Position numbers and translations under genes: made by a program
Notes under the pieces: generated by a model
Databases searched by the model: none
What the model was told of the DNA's origin: nothing
What the model saw: the letters and a program-made list of their open reading frames with translations, nothing else
Shown here: piece by piece, positions 24,691-37,686 of the stretch
How the letters are laid out: each line of letters starts with the position of its first letter
Position numbering within the stretch: the first letter of the stretch is position 1
Assembly (NCBI GenBank): GCA_038087875.1
Contig: JAXLNO010002682.1
Coordinates: 186,001 to 250,000 of the forward strand
Length of the DNA: 64,000 nt
Reading direction: 5' to 3'
From: Malacoraja senta
Lineage: Eukaryota

Positions 24691-27600
24691 GACACAATCT
24701 TCAAAGGCAAACTGCTGGATAGCCAAAAATGTGAGCTATGAGGTAAGCATTTTTATTGTTTACAATAGGTCCTAGGATACATGTTTCCATTTCAGTGCTT
24801 AATTGTATGGAGTTATGCATTTGCTGGACCTTTACATGGATACATAAAGAGTTTATCTCTGAGGAAGTATGAGGTTCAATAGAATAAATAGCCTTAGCAC
24901 ATTTATTTCTAAGATTCTTAAAAACCATTGATTATAGCTGAACACAGCTTGTCATGTTCAGACTGGCATACAACATAGACTTTATGCAACTTGGAGAGAT
25001 GCAGCTGTGGTTCTTGCATTCCTAACAAAAATATGGAAGCTCCACATAAACTCCAGTAAGTCTTCTGGACTCCCATTCATGACTTTGAAGATTATAATGT
25101 AATTTATTACTATTTATTTGATTTGATTTGTCAAAATAACTTGTTTCCAGGGCAACCATCTTAGGCTTGGCAGCAGAAGGCACAATTAATAATGAGATGG
25201 ACTGAAGACTTTCGCACTTTTTTCTCATTAAAGAAAAGTGATACAACGCAATTGATTCTGTTTGAGGAATAACTGCAATACTTGGGATAAGAAGAAATTG
25301 ATACTTTTTCCAATGTTGTAATGAGGGCAGATAAAGGCAATCTAGAATGAGAAAAGGCTATTTAGTCTAACATGCAGCATGCACCTCATCTCAATTTGGA
25401 CTCCTTCCAACCCTCCTAAACATACTTAAAGAAATATTAAGTTTATCACAGTGTTCTTTGAAGGATGAGGTGTATTAAGATATTAAAAATTAAATGATTC
25501 ATATGCATAAACATTTTCAGCTTGCAACTTTGGTGAACTGATCTTTCCCAAGTTAAAGGATCAACATCAGATTACTTACTAGTTTAACCTAATTTTAGGA
25601 GCACAGAGGAGATAAGAAATATATAACTGGTTGTTTTAAAGTGAGCAAGACAAAAGGATTTACTTTTAAGCAAGCAGGTTCTAAATCGTGCCCTCTTATG
25701 ACTGTTGTCAGGAAAACCAATGCAGTGAATTCCATTATGGTAACATTGGCAGCAATTTTGGTGCTGTTGAGTAAGTGACCTGTGATATACAGCTATGGTT
25801 GCTAAATCGGGATTTTGGAAGGGGGAAAAAAAGTTTCTCCCACTATTTAGCGAGGTAAGTTTGATGGAAAGGTTTTTTGTTCAACAAACAACTGGGGGCA
25901 TGCATGAAGTTGGGACCCATGTCCTTTTTTCCCCTGTGGTATTCTTGTGACTCTACAATTGTGATTCAGTATCTAATTATGTGTAATGCCCATCAGAGTA
26001 AAGTCCCATCAATGTGAAGCTCAGCTTAAACAAGCAAGATGAACTGCCCATGAACAGACACATGCTTTGCACACAGGTTAATCAAAAGGCATGCGTATGA
26101 GCAGGTAAAAATGAAGATAGAATCACAATTCTTTAACAGCAATACGGCCGGCTAGTGATGCTAACATGGCAATTCACTCAGCATTAGTACAAAATCAAAA
26201 TGAGGACATTGGGTGTCTGATATGTACACAGAATACTGGAAATAATCTGCCAACCAGCATCTGAGACGAAAATGTATTAGGTGATCAATCATACGCATGC
26301 ATAAATATTTACAGCTTGCAGCTTTGGTAAACTGATTTTTTTTCACGTTCAAGGAGCAATACCAGACTCTTTGTGAGATTAATCTAATTTTAGGAGTACA
26401 AGGGAGAAAATAAATATTAAAATGGTTGTTTAAAAAGAGCTGAAACAAAAGGGTTTACATGAAACAACTCTTTCTCTCTCTACATACCCTGCCTGCTTTT
26501 TCAGTTTTTAACTGAGCGTGTAAAAAATGGATCAAATCAACCATTCAGTTTATCAGAACAATCAACAAAAATTAAACCAGATCTTAAAACAAGATTTCCA
26601 ATTCACATTGTGTAGAATGCTGGGTACTGAGGCAACTTCCTCCAAGTTCCAATCTTAAATACAAATTAATCCAAGCAGAGGCTGATCCAAATGATCAGTG
26701 CTGCATCACAATCATACAGAACTCTCATTCAGGCTTTCTACCTGCGTCAATTTTTTTTTGAACTGGAGCCACATAAGAACCTAACTAAAACATTATAGAA
26801 TATCAGGAGTTCAATAAAATGATCCTTTCTATCATAAGATACCAATTATGAAGTAACAATATCTTTCCTTTTATGCAGAAAATTGATATGTACTTTAGCT
26901 CAAGGGTATAATTGGGTTGAGTTAAGTGAAGCCCTCATCAACTCTGCAACCAGCCGTCTGTCCCACTCTTTTATAAGCTTTGGGTGGGTGGAAGAAAATA
27001 ATTAGGTGCAGTCCGCCACATCTCAAATTGCAGAGCTTTCAGGTCATTTTATTGAATTGAGAACATACTTGTTTGTTCACTTGGATCAAGCAATTTCTAC
27101 CATTGAGCTAATTGGCATGATCCCAGGAAAGTAGAATGCCCACCCACTTCAATTGTGCCATGGAATATCTTTAAACAAAAAAGAGACTTAGCCAACATTT
27201 CTGTACATCCGGTGAAAATAAAAAAACTAAATGCTGTAAATCTGAAAACACAATAAGTGCCACATCTGTGGGAAGAGAAGAGCCAAATTTTCCGGTCAAA
27301 TATCATTCATCAGAACCAAGTGAGCAATTTCTAAACCTTGCTTCCTGGTTTGCTTCATTTTGCATCGCCAGCCACATTGTCGTCTGGAAAATTAACACTA
27401 TGAATTCCATTATAGTAATAGTGGGGGAAATCCTACCCTGCGGTGTGAAATATACAGCTGTGACAATGATTCTGACAAAGAGCCTTTGACCTGAAATGTT
27501 ATTTTGGTTTCTCTTCGCGCAGATATGGCCTGACCTGCTGAGTATTTCCAGCATTTTCTGTTTTTATCTACATTTGGAATCTTTGAATTATGGATGGAAG

Positions 27601-30424
27601 TTATGTATTCACCTTTTCATTTTTCCCTTGTTTGGTATTGCCCAATGGCACAAGAAAAATGAATTTCATTGTAAGAGTGTAAACTTTATTAATGTGAGCG
27701 AACATAGGAAATTTTGGCCCAAAAATTAAACAAGGTTATATTTACTTTGAGAAGTAGCTACCTTAAGTTCAAATGGGATTTCCACTTCAATTAAAATCTA
27801 CTTTTTAAAACAATTATCAAGAAAACTCTTTGCATGTTCTTTGTGTGTTTTGCATTCTAGGTTTCATCACTCTCTAAGCAGAACATGCCTGATTTAATCA
27901 AAAGTGACTGTTTCCTTTATTGCTTGGAACTAGATTTCATCTGCTCATTATGGGTTTTTTTCTCCCTTGGATTACCTTTCCTATCCCTTCCATACCCGGG
28001 CCCATCGGCTCATCAGCCCTCCCTTATCTGGTTCCACTAACAACCCATTTCTCTGCCCTTCTTACCCCTTGCCTATCCAAGAAATGTTATTTGTTCTTAT
28101 GTTTACATCTATCAGTCTGTCCCAACATTCTGGCCATCTTCCCTCCATACTCTTAGCCCCGATGCAGCTCATTGATTTGAAACATTGATCATCGCTTTGC
28201 CTCTGCAAATGCTGCTTAATCTGCTAAATTCTTCTAGCAATTTGTATTTTGCTCCATTTACCAGCATCCAGTCTCTTGCATCTCCCTTTTCGCTTTATTT
28301 CAAAGTGCATATTCACTTTGATACCAACATTCTTTTGTGGAGGCTAAAGAGCACTTGGTTTCAGTGCTCATCTGTGAAAGACCAATGAGGTACTTGTTAC
28401 CTCCTTTTCTCTCTTTACCTCCACCCAGCTGTGTGGATAGAACTGCTGTTCTTTACTCATCCTGGAGATCCTAACATTCAAATAAATTGCAAATGATCTC
28501 TACCACATTAATAGACCTCTTTATTCAAAAATGGATTGTTACTTTTGTAATGGATCACGGGATGACTAAGCTCCCTTATTTGATTCTTCTTGCGCTAGTG
28601 GGAGAAAACAAGAGAAATTAAATACTAGAAGGAACTGAACTGCACACACAATCAGGAGATAAAGAATGGTAAAGGTCATCTTCTTTTGACCAATACAGGG
28701 TCTAGGACAACAAGATCCCCATACAAGATAGATCTTAAATCACTCAATCTTGACATTTGCTGGCAAGAATGCCTCAAGAGATTGTGTAGCTCACCAACAT
28801 TCAACACTTGCACTTCAATCATTACACTGGTTGAATGTCTGGAAGGTGCAGATTTGGGGCACCAAACCCTGATAGGTGACAATGCCTTCAAAAATATTAT
28901 GATTTGAATTGAAATAGATGTCTTGGCCATTATTTATAGAGACATTTCAATGTGTTCTAATAACTTAATTGTTATTAGTTGCTTGTAGATTATTGAAAAA
29001 GTTTCATTCTCCAACATAGATGATGTCCCTGTAAATATGGGTTTATACGGTTTTCTTGGAAGTGCTACAGAAAGCATGACAAAAATGAACAATCACATCA
29101 GAAGGAGGAAATTATAATACGTAAAATAAGGTATGAAGTCAACTACTAACTTTGTAATGAAAAACCTGCCAAACAATATGCTGGTCATCAGCTTCCAACA
29201 ATACTGATCGAGTATCTGGTTACCATTGACAGAGAATTTCTAATAGGTTTGTTCTATTCTAACTCATGGTTGTACAGTACGAAACAAAGTGCCAGGCAGC
29301 ATCTCTGGAGGACATGGGTAGATAAAGTTTCATATCGGGATCCTTCTTCAGACTAAGTTACTCCAGCACTTCGTTTTTGTTGTTGTAAGACAGCATCTGC
29401 AGTTCCTTGTGTCTCAACCAGGTAAAAAACTGAGAATGTTTTCCAATTTCATATTAGTTACAAAGTTTAAATCAGTTGATAACTTAATCATGCGCAGCAC
29501 AGATTACTGAAACAACAGCTTGAAGATGCCAACTTTATTATTAATGTTAGCAATCCAAGTATTCAAACTTTGTTATCCAATCTCAAGTCTCCTATGGTAC
29601 ATTGGGTATAGAGTGCGAGTTCTGTGCTTTTCACATAGCAAACTTTCAAATTAAAACCCTGGATAAAGCCCAAGCCTTCCTAAAATGTTCAGCAAGATGC
29701 TGTAACAATAGAAAATGTTCCTGCATTGTGGCTGAGGAATATTTTGGACACAAGTTTATGGCCACCTTTACTCATTTAACAGAAATGAAATGTTCCACAA
29801 CACAAACAAAGGTGACAATGATCTACTTTTAGAAAAAGTAACATTATAAATATATAAAAATTTACATGAACAATTGCAACCCAAACTATTATGGGTGCAA
29901 TTTTCAAATATTTTCAATCAAGCTATTAAATATATACATATTAAATATATGTATATGTCATTAAAACTTAATTGTAAAATTGCTTAATCGATCTATACAT
30001 TCACTAACTTAGAATAGGCGGGTTAGCAAACGGGTTTTTGACTTTATCCTCCAAAAGATAAATGAAACAGGAAGGATAAGGTTTGAAGGCAATACTATAG
30101 GAAGGTTGGTTCATGCATTCAAAATGGAAAATGTGCAAAGAAATCGAGATGATGTTTTTATTTGATCAACATAAACAGGGAAAAAACAATAACTTAAAAT
30201 GGAATGTTTTTTTTTATCCTCTCATGGTTGCATGTAAAACATTCCGGGTCATGATATTTATAAGACAAGGAGAACTATTAACATATGGTACAATCGTGAT
30301 TTTATGAATCCAGGTTGATTAACATTGCACACATTTAGTTAGTAAACAGTAAAAAAAACCATTAGGCAGGCATTTCCTGTTAGCAAATTTTCAGGGTAAC
30401 CCCCAGCACACTTTCCACTGCACG

Positions 30425-30629
30425 CTATGTGGTGTGGGCACGAGACACCTCAGCAGAGCCGGCCTCATGCTCTTGCAGACATCTCCCACCTCCAGAATCT
30501 GCAGGCATCTCGAACTCCTCCTGCATCCTGACAATCTGCTCCTGGGTCATCCCAAGGGCCTCTTCCAGTTGTCCACGGAGTGCCTGCACAGCCAAAAGCT
30601 CCGTCTGCAGCGTCGTTTCTCTGCTGGCG
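30425..30629 (-). CDS. PDE4DIP: PDE4DIP dual-use exon: internal exon 30490-30629 (long isoform) or read-through terminal exon to TAG at 30425-30427 (short isoform)
   Basis: Acceptor tatatag|C, phase 2; translates ASRETTLQTELLAVQALRGQLEEALG...ADSG. Donor G|GTGGGA at 30489. Read-through adds GGRCLQEHEAGSAEVSRAHTT*. AATAAA on the minus strand at 30157-30162 and 29534-29539. Confidence 0.85.
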
Positions 30630-31187
30630 CTATATAGAAATGTGAATTTGGAGACAAAAATTAACTAAATCAAACTACTGAAGAGAATACCTGCTGAAAG
30701 GACAACAGATGCATGTGCTCTCCCACAGCAACCACAAGACATTGTTGGAGTAATCATATTCTAACACTTCCATTTCCCAACCACTCACCTCGACGTACCT
30801 TAACTGAAATGACCTTTCGGCTTAAGAATTATCACAGAAACAGATCTTGAGAAAGGGAGTGGCGGAAAAGACAGTTTTGAATTAGTAATCAAAACTGAAT
30901 TGTAGCTGATGGACATGGAGGAGATTATGAAACAAAAAGGACACGCCTTGATAACTGGCTCGGTCGAAAGATAGTTTGCAGTTAATGAAAATATGAATCT
31001 ATACTAGATTGGGAAATCAAGTTAACAACATTTTGAACTCCAGATAAATCTTTGTGCTAAAATAAAATTACATCAAATAGAAGCAGTATTAAATAAGATC
31101 GTTGTGTGTATTTTTGGTCATGCAAAGGTGTACCATTCAACTTGTACAATGCACAGTTAAGATTAATAAACTTATTTGCTGGTGTAT

Positions 31188-31551
31188 GTTGGACAGGCTA
31201 GATGCAGGAAGATTGTTCCCGATGTTGGGGAAGTCCAGAACAAGGGGTCACAGTTTAAGGATAAAGGGGAAATCTTTTAGGACTGAGATGAGAAAAACAT
31301 TTTTTACACAGAGAGTGGTGAATCTCTGGAATTCTCTGCCACAGAATGTAGTTGAGGCCAGTTCATTGGCTATATTTAAGAGGGAGTTAGATGTGGCCCT
31401 TGTGGCTAAAGGGATCAGGGGGTATGGAGAGAAAGCAGGTACAGGATACTGAGTTGGATGATCAACCATGATCATATTGAATGGTCGAAGGGCCGAATAG
31501 GCTCGAAGGGCCGAATGGCCTACTCCTGCACCTATATTCTATGTTTCTATG
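31188..31551 (+). mobile_element. CR1 3' end
   Basis: C-terminus of ORF 31102..31452 is RTRGHSLRIKG...KGIRGYGEKAGTGY, followed by the tail. Confidence 0.9.
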
Positions 31552-31602
31552 TGACAACACAGCTAATACCATGTAATACAAACTATTCTCAATCGTCACA
31601 TA

Positions 31603-33179
31603 CAGTGCCCTCCATAATGTTTGGGACAAAGACCCATCATTTATTTATTTGCCTCTGAACTCCACAATTTGAGATTTGTAATAGAAAAAAATCACATGTG
31701 GTTAAAGTGCACATTGTCAGATTTTAATAAAGGCCATTTTTATACATTTTGGTTTCACCATGTAGAAATTACAGCAGTGTTTATACATAGTCCCCCCCAT
31801 TTCAGGGCACCATAATGTTTGGGACACAGCAATGTCATGTAAATGAAAGTAGTCATGTTTAGTATTTTGTTGCATATCCTTTGCATGCAATGACTGCTTT
31901 AAGTCTGCGATTCATGGACATCACCAGTTGCTGGGTGTCTTCTCTGGTGATGCTCTGCCAGGCCTGTATTGCAGCCATTTTTAGCTTATGCTTGTTTTGG
32001 AGACTAGTCCCCTTCAGTTTTCTCTTTAGCATTAGCTTTGAAAAACTCCTTTGTTGCTTTAGCAGTATGCTTGGGATCATTGTCTTGCTGTAGAATGAAC
32101 CACCGACCAATGGATTTTGAGGCATTTGTTTGAACCAGAGTAGATCAGATGTGTCTATACACTTCAGAATTCATTATGCTACTACCATCGGCAGTTGTAT
32201 CATCAATGGAGATAAGTGAGCCAGCACCTTTAGCAGCCATACATGCCCAGACCATAACACCCCCACCATTGTGTTTCACAGGAGGTGGTATGCTTTGGAT
32301 CTTGGGCAGTTCCTTCTCTCCTCCATACTTTGCTCTTGCCATCACTCTAATATAAGTTAATCTTTGTCTCATCTGTCCACAAGATCTTTTTCCAGAACTG
32401 TGATTGCTCTTTTAAGTACTTCTTGGCAAACTGTAACCTGGCCATCCTATTTTTGCGGCTAACCAATGGCTTGCATCTTGAGTGTAGCCTCTGTATTTCT
32501 GTTCATGAAGTGTTCTGCAGACAGTGGTCATTGACAAATCCACACTTGACTCCTGAAGAGTGTTTCTAATCTGTTGGACAGGTGTTTGGGGATTTTTCTT
32601 TATTATAGAGAGAATTCTTCTGTCATCAGCTGTGGAGGTCTTCCTTGGCCTGCTAGTCCCTTTGCGATTAGTAAGCTCACAAGTGCTCTCTTTCTTCTTA
32701 ATGATGTTCCAAACAGTTGATTTTGGTAAGCCTAAGGTTTGGCTGATGTCGCTCACAGTTTTATTCTTGTTTCTCAGTCTCATAATGGCTTCTTTGACTT
32801 TCATTGGCACAACTTTAGACCTCATGTTGATAAACAGCAATAAAAGTTTCCAAAGGCGATGGAAAGACTGGAGGAAAGACTAGATGCTGAGAGCACTATT
32901 ATACCTGCATTAAGGAGGCATTTAAACACACCTGAGCAATTACAAACACCCATGAAGCCACGTGTCTCAAACATTATGGTGCCTTGAAATGGGGGGGACT
33001 ATATATAAACACTGCTGTAATTTTATACGTGGCGAATCCAAAATGTTTAAAAATGGCCTTTAATAAAATCTGACAATGTGCACTTTAACCACGTGATTTT
33101 TTAATATTACAAATCTCAAATTGTGGAGATTGTGGAGACCCATAAATGATGGGTCTTTGTCCCAAACGTTATGGCACTG
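31603..33179 (-). mobile_element. Tc1-family IR/DR transposon with both TIRs and a disrupted transposase
   Basis: TA|CAGTGCCC...GGCACTG|TA. TIRs of about 220 bp with an inner direct repeat at 31803-31826. Transposase pieces: paired-like HTH (ORF 32412..32840), KHNGGGVMVWACM, RRLKAVIACKGYATKY. Confidence 0.93.
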
Positions 33180-33568
33180 TATCACCATTTATATTCATGT
33201 TGGATGTGGTGCAAATACAAATCCAGGCCATGGTACCAGTTATTCCAAGCCAATAGATTTATACAATTTCTCTTTTTTAAAATGGATTATTCAACTTTGG
33301 ACCAGACAACTGGAATCTAGTATAACTGGAATTTTCTTCTGATGTTGTATGTGTTACTAATCAATGACTTACGACTTTGCTATTTTAACAATTACGCATT
33401 TTAATATTCTATGATGAAATATATAGGAACAAAATATTTACTTTTGGAAATGTCATAGAGTCCAATTAAATACTTAGCCTAAAATTTGTGAGTAATTCTA
33501 GCTAGATATTAAGTGTAATGTAATTTTATGTACTGACAGTCTGCACAAAATCTCCATTGGTCTCTTAC

Positions 33569-33681
33569 CTGTCAGGTTGATTGTGGAATTTAACAAGGCT
33601 ATTGTAGAGTTGTCTTTCAGCTCGAAGTGCTTCACTTAATCTTGACTGCTCCAAATATTGCTCTTCAAGAGCACAGATCAG
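33569..33681 (-). CDS. PDE4DIP: PDE4DIP coding exon (LICALEE...AERQLYNSLVKFHNQPD), 113 nt
   Basis: ttggcag|CTG ... AG|GTAAGA, phase 0-2; matches human AERQLYSSLVKFH as recalled. Confidence 0.9.
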
Positions 33682-34569
33682 CTGCCAATAGATATCAGAA
33701 ACTGTAAGAATCTCAGAAGTATTCTTATTATTGCAGAGTGAAATGGCCCTTTATGTTGATGTTCATTTTGAGACATATACATTTGCACTGCAGCCCCAAA
33801 TCAATCAGTCAAATTTGTCTTTGAATTTGTGGGTCGGAAAGGGAAATATTTACCTATTCCCTATCACTAACTAGAAATCCCCGTGAGAAGTATAGATGTG
33901 AAAATCTGCTGAGAATAATAAGTAGACACAAATGATAAACAGTACACATAACTACAAGATATTTAATGCAAGTAGACTGTTCCTTAAGTGGATGTCTTCA
34001 GTGCAGAGAGAGAAATTGGGAGAATTTTTAAAAAAAGACCATAACCAATCAACTCCCAATAGCTTTAAATATATCACTTATTAATTCAACTATTTTATTT
34101 TATTTTTTTGACCTCTTAAAAAATTGCAACATTCTTAAACACAACAAAAGTTGATTCACATTTTCATTTTTCTTCATTACTCTAAACTTTTCAGCTTCAC
34201 TACATTCAGTACTTGGGAAAGTTGCCTTATCAGCATCTTACTGTAGAATGTTACTCAGTGTCTTAAGATTTTGGTTTTAATGTACTTGCTCTGATTCAGT
34301 TTCAGTTAGTTAGTCCCTAGATCATCTGTTACGTGTAGTTTTCTCGTTCCCAACTCCAAATTTTTGACTCTCTAGTTAACTTGATTTAATCCAGTAACCA
34401 CTGAAATAAACCAAGGAAAATATTCTTTGCTGCCTCATGGTTTATTCTTTGCCTCATGGTTTAATTTGCTGGAGCTCAGCATATTTAAGACTAACGAGCT
34501 AAATGTGCAAACAATAGATTCTCTACTTATGCACACTTATGAAAATAGGGTGTTATTTAAGATACATAC

Positions 34570-34707
34570 CTGATGGTGTTTTTTTCCTGCACTACTCGGC
34601 ACAGATAAATCCATAGTTTTCACTTGCTCCCTCAATATTAGGAGCTCTTGTGTACACTTCTCCACTTCTGGAGACTCCCTTAGCTGTACCAACTGTATCT
34701 GCAGATC
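34570..34707 (-). CDS. PDE4DIP: PDE4DIP coding exon (DLQIQLVQL...KKHHQ), 138 nt
   Basis: tcacag|GAT ... CAG|GTATGT; ORF 34537..34758; phase 0-0. Confidence 0.88.
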
Positions 34708-35082
34708 CTGTGATGTAAGAAAAATCATCAAGAACATCATTGTTAAGCCGGAATTCAATTGTCAAATCTAAAGCATCAACAAACGTAGAATTTTATATAT
34801 CTGGTTAGGAACAGAACATGGCATCAATAATACAAATTATTTTAGCAATCTTTAAAAGTCACACCATGTGTAGCTCTAAAATGTCTCATCTCCTGAACTG
34901 TCATTAAACAAAAACATATTTGGTCCCACTTCCTACAACCATGGTTATTTCACAAAACTTTCCCCACTTCAGCACAAAAATTGGTAATCCACAAAGCATA
35001 TCAACCTGAAAAAGCAGACTGCTCTTTCTAACATATTATCTTTCTCCAGAACAATTCAATCATTGATTATATTAAAACAAAC

Positions 35083-35199
35083 CTGAATTTGCTGTTCCTT
35101 GTCATGAATCTTGTTTGAAAGTGCTTCAATCTCCACTGCTTGACATTTGAATTCTTGCTGCTGGTTGGAGAAGGCAGACTGTAGTGTGGTCAGCTCAAG
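35083..35199 (-). CDS. PDE4DIP: PDE4DIP coding exon (LELTTLQS...KEQQIQ), 117 nt
   Basis: ccttgcag|CTT ... CAG|GTTTGT, phase 0-0. Confidence 0.85.
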
Positions 35200-35613
35200 C
35201 TGCAAGGATAAAGTTTAAATGTTCGAGTCAATTACATAGGAAAAAACAGTCACTCAACAAAGCAATGGTGACATCATATTTAAAATAACTTAAAGGTTCA
35301 GGAAATATGTTTTCCTTGTATTCAATCTAAAACCATGTTCCCCAATAACAGATGATCATTGGCAAATTGCCAACATTTATGAATCAATCTTGTTGTCAAA
35401 CATGCAATTAAGATTTATTTTCATAACTGGTGTAGAAAATTGATTCACATCAATGCTAATGGGCAATAGGATAAAAAAGGGACCAAATTTAAAGCCAGGA
35501 TAAATAAAAAAATTACAACTTGAAGCCAAAAGAGCTGTAGCTTTCAAAGTCTGAGAAAGAATGACATCGTTCTGGGATGGTAAAGTCAGTCTGATTTCAA
35601 TAAAAATAACTTA

Positions 35614-36790
35614 CAGTGCCCTCCATAATGTTTGGGACAAAGACCCATCATTTATTTATTTGCCTCTGTACTCCACAATTTGAGATTTGTAATAGAATAA
35701 AATCACATGTGGTTCAAGTGCACATTGTCAGATTTTATTAAAGGGTATTTTTATACATTTTGGTTTCACCATGTAGGAATTACAGCTGTGTTTGTACATA
35801 GTCCTCCCATTTCAGGGCACCATAATGTTTGGAACACATGGCTTCACAGGTGTTTGTAATTGTTCAGGTGTGTTTAAATGCCTCCTAATGCAGGTATAAG
35901 AGATTCTCGGCACCTAGTCTTTCCTCCAGTCTTTCCATCACACTTGGAAACATTTATTGCTGTTTATCAACATGAGGACCAAAGTTGTGCCAATGAAAAT
36001 CAAAAAAAGCCATTATGAGACTAAGAAGCAAGAATAAAATCGAGACATCAGCCAACCCTTAGGCTTACCAAAATCAACTGTTTGGAACATCATTAAGAAG
36101 AGAGCACTGGTGAGCTTACCAATCGCAAAGAGACTGACAGGCCAAGGAAGACCTCCACAGCTGATGACAGAAGAATTATCTCTATAATAAAGAAAAATCC
36201 CCAAACACCTGTCTGACAGATCAGAAACTCTTCAGGAGTCAGGTGTGGATTTGTCAATGACCACTGTCTGCAGAAGACCTCATGAACAGAAATACCGAGG
36301 CTACACTGCAAGATGCAAACCACTGGTTAGCTGCAAAAACAGGATGGCAAGGTTAGTTTGCTAAGAAGTACTTAAAAGAGCAACCACAGTTCTGGAAACG
36401 GGTCTTGTGGACAGATGAGACGAAGATTAACTTATATCAGAGTGATGGCAAGAGCAAAGTATGGAGGAGAGAAGGAGCTGCCCAAGATCCAAAGCATACC
36501 ACCTTATCTGTGAAACACAGTGGAGGAGGTGTTATGGCCTGGGCATGTATGGCTGCTGAAGATACTGGCTCACTTATCTTCATTGATGATACAACTGCTA
36601 ATGGTAGTAGCATAATGAATTCTGAAGTGTATAGACACATCCTATCTGCTCAAGTTCAAACAAATGCCTCAAAACTCATTGGCCCGCAGTTCATTCTACA
36701 ATGATCCCAAACATACTGCTAAAGCAACAAAGACGTTTTTCAAAGCTAAAAAATGGTCAATTCTTGTGGCCAAGTCAATCACCCGATCAG
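35614..36790 (+). mobile_element. Second Tc1 copy of the same family, truncated near the SPDL motif, no right TIR
   Basis: TA|CAGTGCCCTCCATAATGTTTGGGAC; ORF 36405..36704 has WTDETKINL and KHSGGGVMAWACM. Confidence 0.92.
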
Positions 36791-37026
36791 ATATTAACTA
36801 TAGTTTACCTCACCATAGCACCAAACGTTTAGAGCTTCAACTTGTCTCAGCATTGATCTCCATTCCCTTCTTAATGTTGAGAAATCCCTTACACTATCAT
36901 AGTTACATCAGAAATCCTGAACCTAAATGACCTGGTGAAGTCTTTAAATGGCGCCCCACACCACAGCTGGGTACATTGGTCTCAGACTACTTTGCTGTCT
37001 ACATTCATGCTAGTTTTATCACTCAC

Positions 37027-37146
37027 CCTGGTTTCTTTCTCTTTCCTTAAAGCAAGCTGCAGTTCCTCTTTTTTCAGTTCCAGCTCAGCCTGCCCGATAT
37101 CTTCCTGGTCTGACTCAGCCATTGCTTCTTCTGCATCCAAGGCCTT
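37027..37146 (-). CDS. PDE4DIP: PDE4DIP coding exon (KALDAEEAMAES...KEKETR), 120 nt
   Basis: ctccag|AAG ... AGG|GTGAGT; ORF 36982..37164; phase 0-0. Confidence 0.85.
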
Positions 37147-37261
37147 CTGGAGAGCTTTCAACAAAGCAAAGAAATTTTAATTTTCGCAGTGCATATCACA
37201 TCAGAAGCAGTCTTCTGAAGCATTAAAGCTACAATGAGCATGTACCTTTCTACACATTTAA

Positions 37262-37686
37262 GGGCCTGTCCCACTTAAGCACCTTTACAGGCGACTGCCG
37301 GCACCCCTGATAGGTCGCCGAAATTTTCAACATGTTGAAATTTCAGTGGCGACCAGAAAGGCGCTACGACTCTTTGGAGACCTCTCACGAACATAGCAGA
37401 CCTCTCACGACCATACAGGCTGTATGGTCATGAGAGGTCTCCTATGGTCGCCAAGGGGTCACCCCCATGGTCGTGAGAGGTCTCCTATGGTCGTGAGAGG
37501 TCACCCGCGACATGTCGCCAAGGGGTCACTCCCATGGTCGTGAGAGGTCTCCTATGGTCGTGAGAGGTCTCCAAAGAGTCATAGCGTCTTCTGGTCACCG
37601 CTAAATTTTCAACATGTTGAAAATTTTGGCGACCTATCACGGGTGCCGGCAGTCGCCTGCAAAGGTCGCGTAAGTGGGACAGGCCC
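37262..37686. mobile_element. Palindromic MITE (Harbinger-like; Kolobok not excluded)
   Basis: Termini GGGCCTGTCCCACTTA...TAAGTGGGACAGGCCC, arms of about 130 bp, TTAA on both flanks, internal ~20-bp tandem units. Confidence 0.85.

Noticed and set aside
37375-37575. Regular ~20-nt repeats resembling a CRISPR-like array
   Set aside because: No unique spacers, the repeats are internal to a MITE, and the context is eukaryotic.
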